Source of the DNA: Octopus bimaculoides
Taxonomy: Eukaryota
Reading direction: 5' to 3'
NCBI RefSeq assembly: GCF_001194135.2
Contig: NC_068984.1
Coordinates: 259,894 to 323,893 of the forward strand
DNA: 64,000 bases
The position numbers and the translations under genes are program-made. Below the pieces are notes generated by a model that did not search any database, had not been told where the DNA came from, and saw only the letters and a program-made list of their open reading frames with translations. Positions 58,960 to 64,000 of this stretch are shown piece after piece. The number at the start of each line of letters is the position of its first letter. The stretch's first letter is position 1.

Positions 58960-59460
58960 CTGTAAAAACCTATGGCTACATTTACCATGCCATGAAATAC
59001 ATTTAATCTGTTTGGCATAACATCAAAACTTTGTCTAGTATGCTGTTAAACACATATTCATGCCATTAAATATGCCCATTACCTTCTATGGTATTAAATG
59101 AATGTCCTCATCCATCAGCAATTAATGTTTGTCTGCTATACCATTAAACCTATGGTAATGTCTTTCATGCCACCCAATTAACCGTCTGTTTGCTCCACCA
59201 TACCATTAAGTATACGTCTGCTTACCATGTCATTAAACATAATATCTGAGTTGCCATACACAGATCTCCACCATACCATTAATCATGTATTTGTCATACT
59301 GTTATGTATATCTATTAATTATTGGTCTATGCCTACCATCCCATTAAACATATATGCAATTAAACCCATGTCAATGTCTTTCATGCCATTAAAAATATGG
59401 TTTTATCATAAAGCATATGTCATTTAACCTATGTACAAGTCTTCCATACCATTAAACCTT
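58960..59460 (+). repeat. Degenerate array built on CATRCCATTAAA
   Basis: CCATTA at 59063, 59076, 59141, 59203, 59276, 59341, 59386, 59449 (also 58727), all in one orientation. Confidence 0.7.
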
Positions 59461-59879
59461 TGTTTATATTTGTTTTTGCTATAAGCCACCATCAGTTTGG
59501 TCAGTTTGTATATAATCCTTTGAAGTGTTTCTGCTTTGGTTTACAATGTCATTGTAGCCCTTCTGACCCTGTTTACCAGCTCCTACAAATGTTCACCCAC
59601 GATACATGTTAATTTCGCTTTGCTGTTTTAATTATAGTCTTAATCTAATATTTATCTTGTTTGCCTCTCTGGGAAATGCCTGTGTTTTTAACAACAACTA
59701 ATAAAGTTTCAATATTAATAGACATCATTTTATTGGGATATCATTATTTTATTGTATCACAAATAATTCAAGCTTATTTTTTCATAATTTCGTTATTTAA
59801 TCAGTGACAATATTTTGAGTCAATGATAATCAAAAGTTTTCGCACAACTGTCACTAGTTTACTTTTTGCATACAGCAAA

Positions 59880-60200
59880 TCATCATCATCGTTTAACGTC
59901 CGCTTTCCATGCTAGCATGGGTTGGACGATTTGCCTGAGGACTGGTGAAACCGGATGGCTACACCAGGTTCCAATCTGATTTGGCAGAGTTTCTACAGCT
60001 GGATGCCCTTCCTAACGCCAACCACTCAGAGAGTGTAGTGGGTGCTTTTACGTGTCACCCGCACGAAGGCCAGTCAGGCGGTACTGGCAACGGCCACGCT
60101 CAAAATGGTGTATTTTATGTGCCACCCGCACAAGAGCCAGTCCAGGGGCACTGGCAACGATCTCACTCGAAAATCCTACGAAGGCCAGTCAGGCAACGAA
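59880..60200 (-). mobile_element. Young RTE 3' end with array units
   Basis: Near-consensus block retaining many CpGs; (CAT)n at 59880-59890. Confidence 0.85.
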
Positions 60201-60222
60201 TTTCTCTGCTGATATTGACAGA

Positions 60223-60263
<41 letters not shown>

Positions 60264-60313
60264 GTGATAACAACAGCAATAATAATAATAATAATANNNN
60301 NNNNNNCAACAGC

Positions 60314-60347
<34 letters not shown>

Positions 60348-61419
60348 GTGATGATGATGATAGCAATAAAACAACAACAACAACAACAACAGTGTTGATA
60401 TGAGCATGTTGGTAGAGTTATTGTTTATAGTTGGACTTCAATTTATTCTTGTGTTTGCTTTTTTAATTTTTTTTATGGGTTTCAGTTATTGGGTTGCGGC
60501 TATGCTGGAGCATAGTGCCATTTTCAAGAGTTTTACATAATCACATTGACCTCAGTACTTCAGTTTGGAACTTATCTATTGATCCTGTTTCTCAAATTGC
60601 TAAGTTACATTTTGACTCAAAGGAGATGACATGCCAGTAAACACACTGGTATGTTTGTGTGTGTGTGTCCGTGTTTCCATAATCATCATAATCCATCTGT
60701 TTTCCAAGCGACTGTAGGTTAGATGGTTTGATAGGATCTTATGAAGCAGGGGACTGAGTGGAGGTGCAATGTCGAGAGCAGTGGCTTTATGCCAGGCATT
60801 GAGAGGTTAACCTATGATAGATGGACAGGAATAAGTGTTTCGGCCGTAGAAGAGGTACAGGACTATCCCAGCAGGAAAGGGAGACAAAATGGGGGTGATA
60901 AGGTATTGTGGGGTGGTGGTGGTGGTGGCTATAAGAAAAAGTAGAGAAATGAAGATGGCTAGATTTGTAGGTTCCTGAGATTGTGAAAGGAGATTGACAA
61001 ATGATTAGAGATGAGAATAGAAGTGAATGGGGAACATGGGTGGAGGTGTAGACAATGATGCATCTCAGTTTGTGGGGGTAAGTGAAGGAAAATAGCAGGA
61101 GGTTAAGGAAAAGAAGATGAACTGGAGAACAACAGTGGAATAGGAAGACGATGTGAAGTGTGGTGGGGACAGGAGTAAGACTGAATAAAAGAAAAACCAA
61201 AAAACCCCAGAGATTAGAGGCACACAGGGTGGATGTAGTGGGTTACAATAAAAAAGGATTTTGATAGTGGACATGGGAGTGTTCAAGGAAAAGGGGTGTT
61301 CAATAGATGATGATGATGATGTGAGTGCAAAGTGGGTGAGAAAAGAAGTGGTCGCAAGAAGGGGGAATATTGGTAGCGCAGAAGAGTGGAATAGGTGCAA
61401 CTCTGCTGTCGTATAATTA

Positions 61420-61790
61420 CAGCAGCTGAGGAGGAAATAGTTGCAGAGAATAGTGAAGAGGGGATTGATGTTGGAGAGTTGCTGGGAAGGTAGATGAGAT
61501 TTTTGTCAAGCATGGGGTTTTGACGAATCCTCTCAGTCTTTTGTCATCTCTTTTGGTGAGGTTCAATAACCTCCTGACATTGGTTTTCACTCCTTTGTCT
61601 GATAGCTTCTTCCTGAAACTCACTCCTACAGGTTCCATCAACATTTAGTGACCAGTTCTTCTTTCTGCAACTCTCTTCATCTATACACATCACATCACAC
61701 TACTTTTGATGCCTCCTACACCCGGTTTTTCTCTCTTTGTCACTGTGCACATTGGTGTTGCACATCCAGCAGAGCATGCACCCTTAATTT
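61420..61790 (-). mobile_element. Old RTE ORF2 C-terminal remnant
   Basis: Minus strand gives MLCWMCNTNVH and DEESCRKKNWSLNVDGTC, plus a frameshifted NLTKEMTKD, paralleling MLRWMCNVSVH, DEDSCVKKCHTLAVEGTC and GLTKAMTSD of the younger copy. Confidence 0.6.
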
Positions 61791-61910
61791 ATTTCTAGTT
61801 TTTGCACGTTCTCTGCATTTACAGCCTACATTTTACTCCAATGTAGAATTGCTCTTCATTTATGTGTATACACACACACACACACACACATACACACATA
61901 CATCTGTATG

Positions 61911-61941
<31 letters not shown>

Positions 61942-64000
61942 TAATGAGGCAAATTCTGCTGTATATGATAGCGTTGATCCCTTGGGAGGCAAAAGGCAAA
62001 AAAGCTGCCTGCAGATGCAGAAGATATTTGGTTTATGTTCCGCAGCCAACTTCCTGCTTCTTTTCCCTCCAAGCAGTCGTTAACCTAATATATTATTACA
62101 TCGTTAATAAAACTTAGATATTTCTTGATGCTTCCACAGTTATGCTGTGTATGTATGTGACTTTATCTAAATGCAGAAGGCAGCAAGTTATCTTCAGACT
62201 GAGCTCTGTTACAGACACCCACCGATGAGGTGGTGGTGTTGGTGCCGGCTTTTAAACTGGCCAATGGATTAAGTCCAGCAAGAATAGGAATGGTTCTTCT
62301 CTTTGACCTCCGACCAGACTGGTTCAAATTTCACTGACAAAATTTACATTGTCCTAAGGTTAGGCTAAAAAGCATCTTACCCAAAATACTGTGCAAAGTG
62401 TTCAAAGCAAAAACTAAAGTTGTGAAGGGGACATTTAACCACCTTGTCATATCCTTCTGTAGCCAAAAGAATATGTACCAGTCATATTTTTGGGTTGCCT
62501 GATTGTATACCACTTTGAAGAATTTCCTTTGTCTTGTTCCTATTGGTAGAGCATCAGACGAAATGCCTCACTGTATTTCTTTTGTCTCTTTACATTCCGA
62601 GTTTAAATCTTGCAAAGGTTATCTTTGTTTTTCATCTTTTCAGGATTGATAAACTAAAATACCAGTTACGTACTGGAGTTGATTGACTAAAAAGACATTC
62701 TTCCCTCAAAATTACTGATCTTATTCCTTAAATAGAAACAATATTACTGAGTACACTTAATTTTCAATTTGTTACTGAACACAGCTTTGTGGGCCTTGGA
62801 CTCCTGTATTTTCTATTCACACTAGTCTATCAATGTGATACTTAGTAATGATGTTTCCTGTATGTTGTCTAAGTCTTGGGATTTTGTTATGTATTTCATC
62901 ATCATCCTTTTACCGTTCATTTTTCCATACTTGCATGGGTCAGAATTTATTAAGGTGGATTATTTTATGGCTGGAGGCTCTCTCTGTTGCCAACCCTCAC
63001 CTGTTTCCAAGGAAGGTAATATTTCCCCACCCCTTGGCTAGACATGTTTTTCAAGGTAGATTGGAAATGAAGGCCACCGCTTGTACGACAGTGGTGCTCA
63101 CTTACATCTGTTCTGCAAAGTCAAAGCAAAAAGATGTACACGCATGTATACGATGGGCTTCTATACAGTTTCCATTTACCAGATTCACTCACAAAGCATT
63201 GGTTGACCTGGGGCTATAGTAGAAGAAACTTGTTCTAGCTACCATGCAGTGGGATTGAACCTGAAGCCATCTGACTAAGCCATGCCTGCACCAATTTGTG
63301 TACAGATATTTATGTCCCTCCCAAAGCCCCTTTTATAGGAATTGTCTCTGCTTCCAACCCCTACATTTTGCTTATCGCTATTTCCAGCTCTTCGAGTTGC
63401 TTTGTCAGTTACAGACCAGTTCTTGTACTTCTTTTCTGTCATTCTTTCATAATACTGGAGAGGGCAGAGAGGGCACGAATCTGGGGCAGCAGCAGCAGCA
63501 GCAGGTGATGATTGAGGGTCTTCAGCTGCTCTCTCACCCTTCCTCACTGAAAATGCCCACAACTTTTCTGGTTGTCTTTCTATTATATTGTGTATATAAT
63601 TTTTAAATGTTTTGTTTGATGGGTCCCCCCCTCTTTGTTGTGTATGTACACACCTGTATGTTTATAGAAAGCATTTTGTATATATTTGAGTGGTCAAAGG
63701 AAGGTAGATTGGTAGAATCATTAGTATTGGACAACGTTTAGTAACAGTACCCTCCACCCTGAGTTCAGTTCCTGTCAAGGTGAACTTGTCTTTTTTATTC
63801 TTCCAGGGTCACTGAAATAAAATACTAACCAAGGTTTGATCTAAACGAATATCCTTTCCCCTCAAAACTTCCGGCTTTGTATCAGTGTTAGAAGCAATTA
63901 TTACTATTAAATTCGGTGGGTTGACAGAGTCGTTGGAGCATTAAACCTCACCACTGCACCAAAAAAAAAAAGAAAAGCTTGGGTTTTTTCCAGCTCCGTC

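Noticed and set aside
60826-60870. Minus-strand GGCCGAAACAC as another hammerhead
   Set aside because: No CTGANGA core or stem II upstream.
61417-61644. Protein-like ORF MEPVGVSFRKKLSDKG... as a new gene
   Set aside because: Neighbouring frames match the RTE ORF2 C-terminus; it is a frameshifted LINE remnant.
61950-62520. Coding exons in this non-repetitive stretch
   Set aside because: Several frames on both strands look protein-like for 40-55 codons, but none has matching splice phases or a recognisable motif.

Overview
Eukaryotic, AT-rich, microsatellite-dense genomic DNA with eight N gaps. The repeat families (GAT-tailed RTE LINE ends, tRNA-headed SINEs with a TG tract) look like octopus; this is recognition from memory, not a database hit. 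The main content is the 3' two-thirds of an ECT2/Pebble RhoGEF gene on the + strand. I spliced 16 GT-AG exons (1753 to 45860) into one phase-consistent frame of about 654 codons: end of BRCT2, NLS linker, DH, PH and polybasic tail. The 5' exons lie upstream of the window. The true last exon is uncertain (stop at 45858-45860, or splicing on to 49161). Introns and the 3' flank hold RTE fragments, at least four SINE types, a mariner remnant, an R4/Dong-like fragment, minisatellites and microsatellites. Most ORFs in the supplied track are repeat artefacts. I cannot demonstrate a new biological system. The best leads are: a tRNA-headed SINE carrying a hammerhead-ribozyme-like core; a 417-bp palindrome whose loop holds TTAGGG repeats and a half-hammerhead; intronic inverted repeats that should be ADAR substrates; hairpin arrays in RTE 3' UTRs; a minisatellite built from a MITE junction; and candidate alternative ECT2 ends. 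Repeat boundaries are approximate; exon boundaries were counted by hand.
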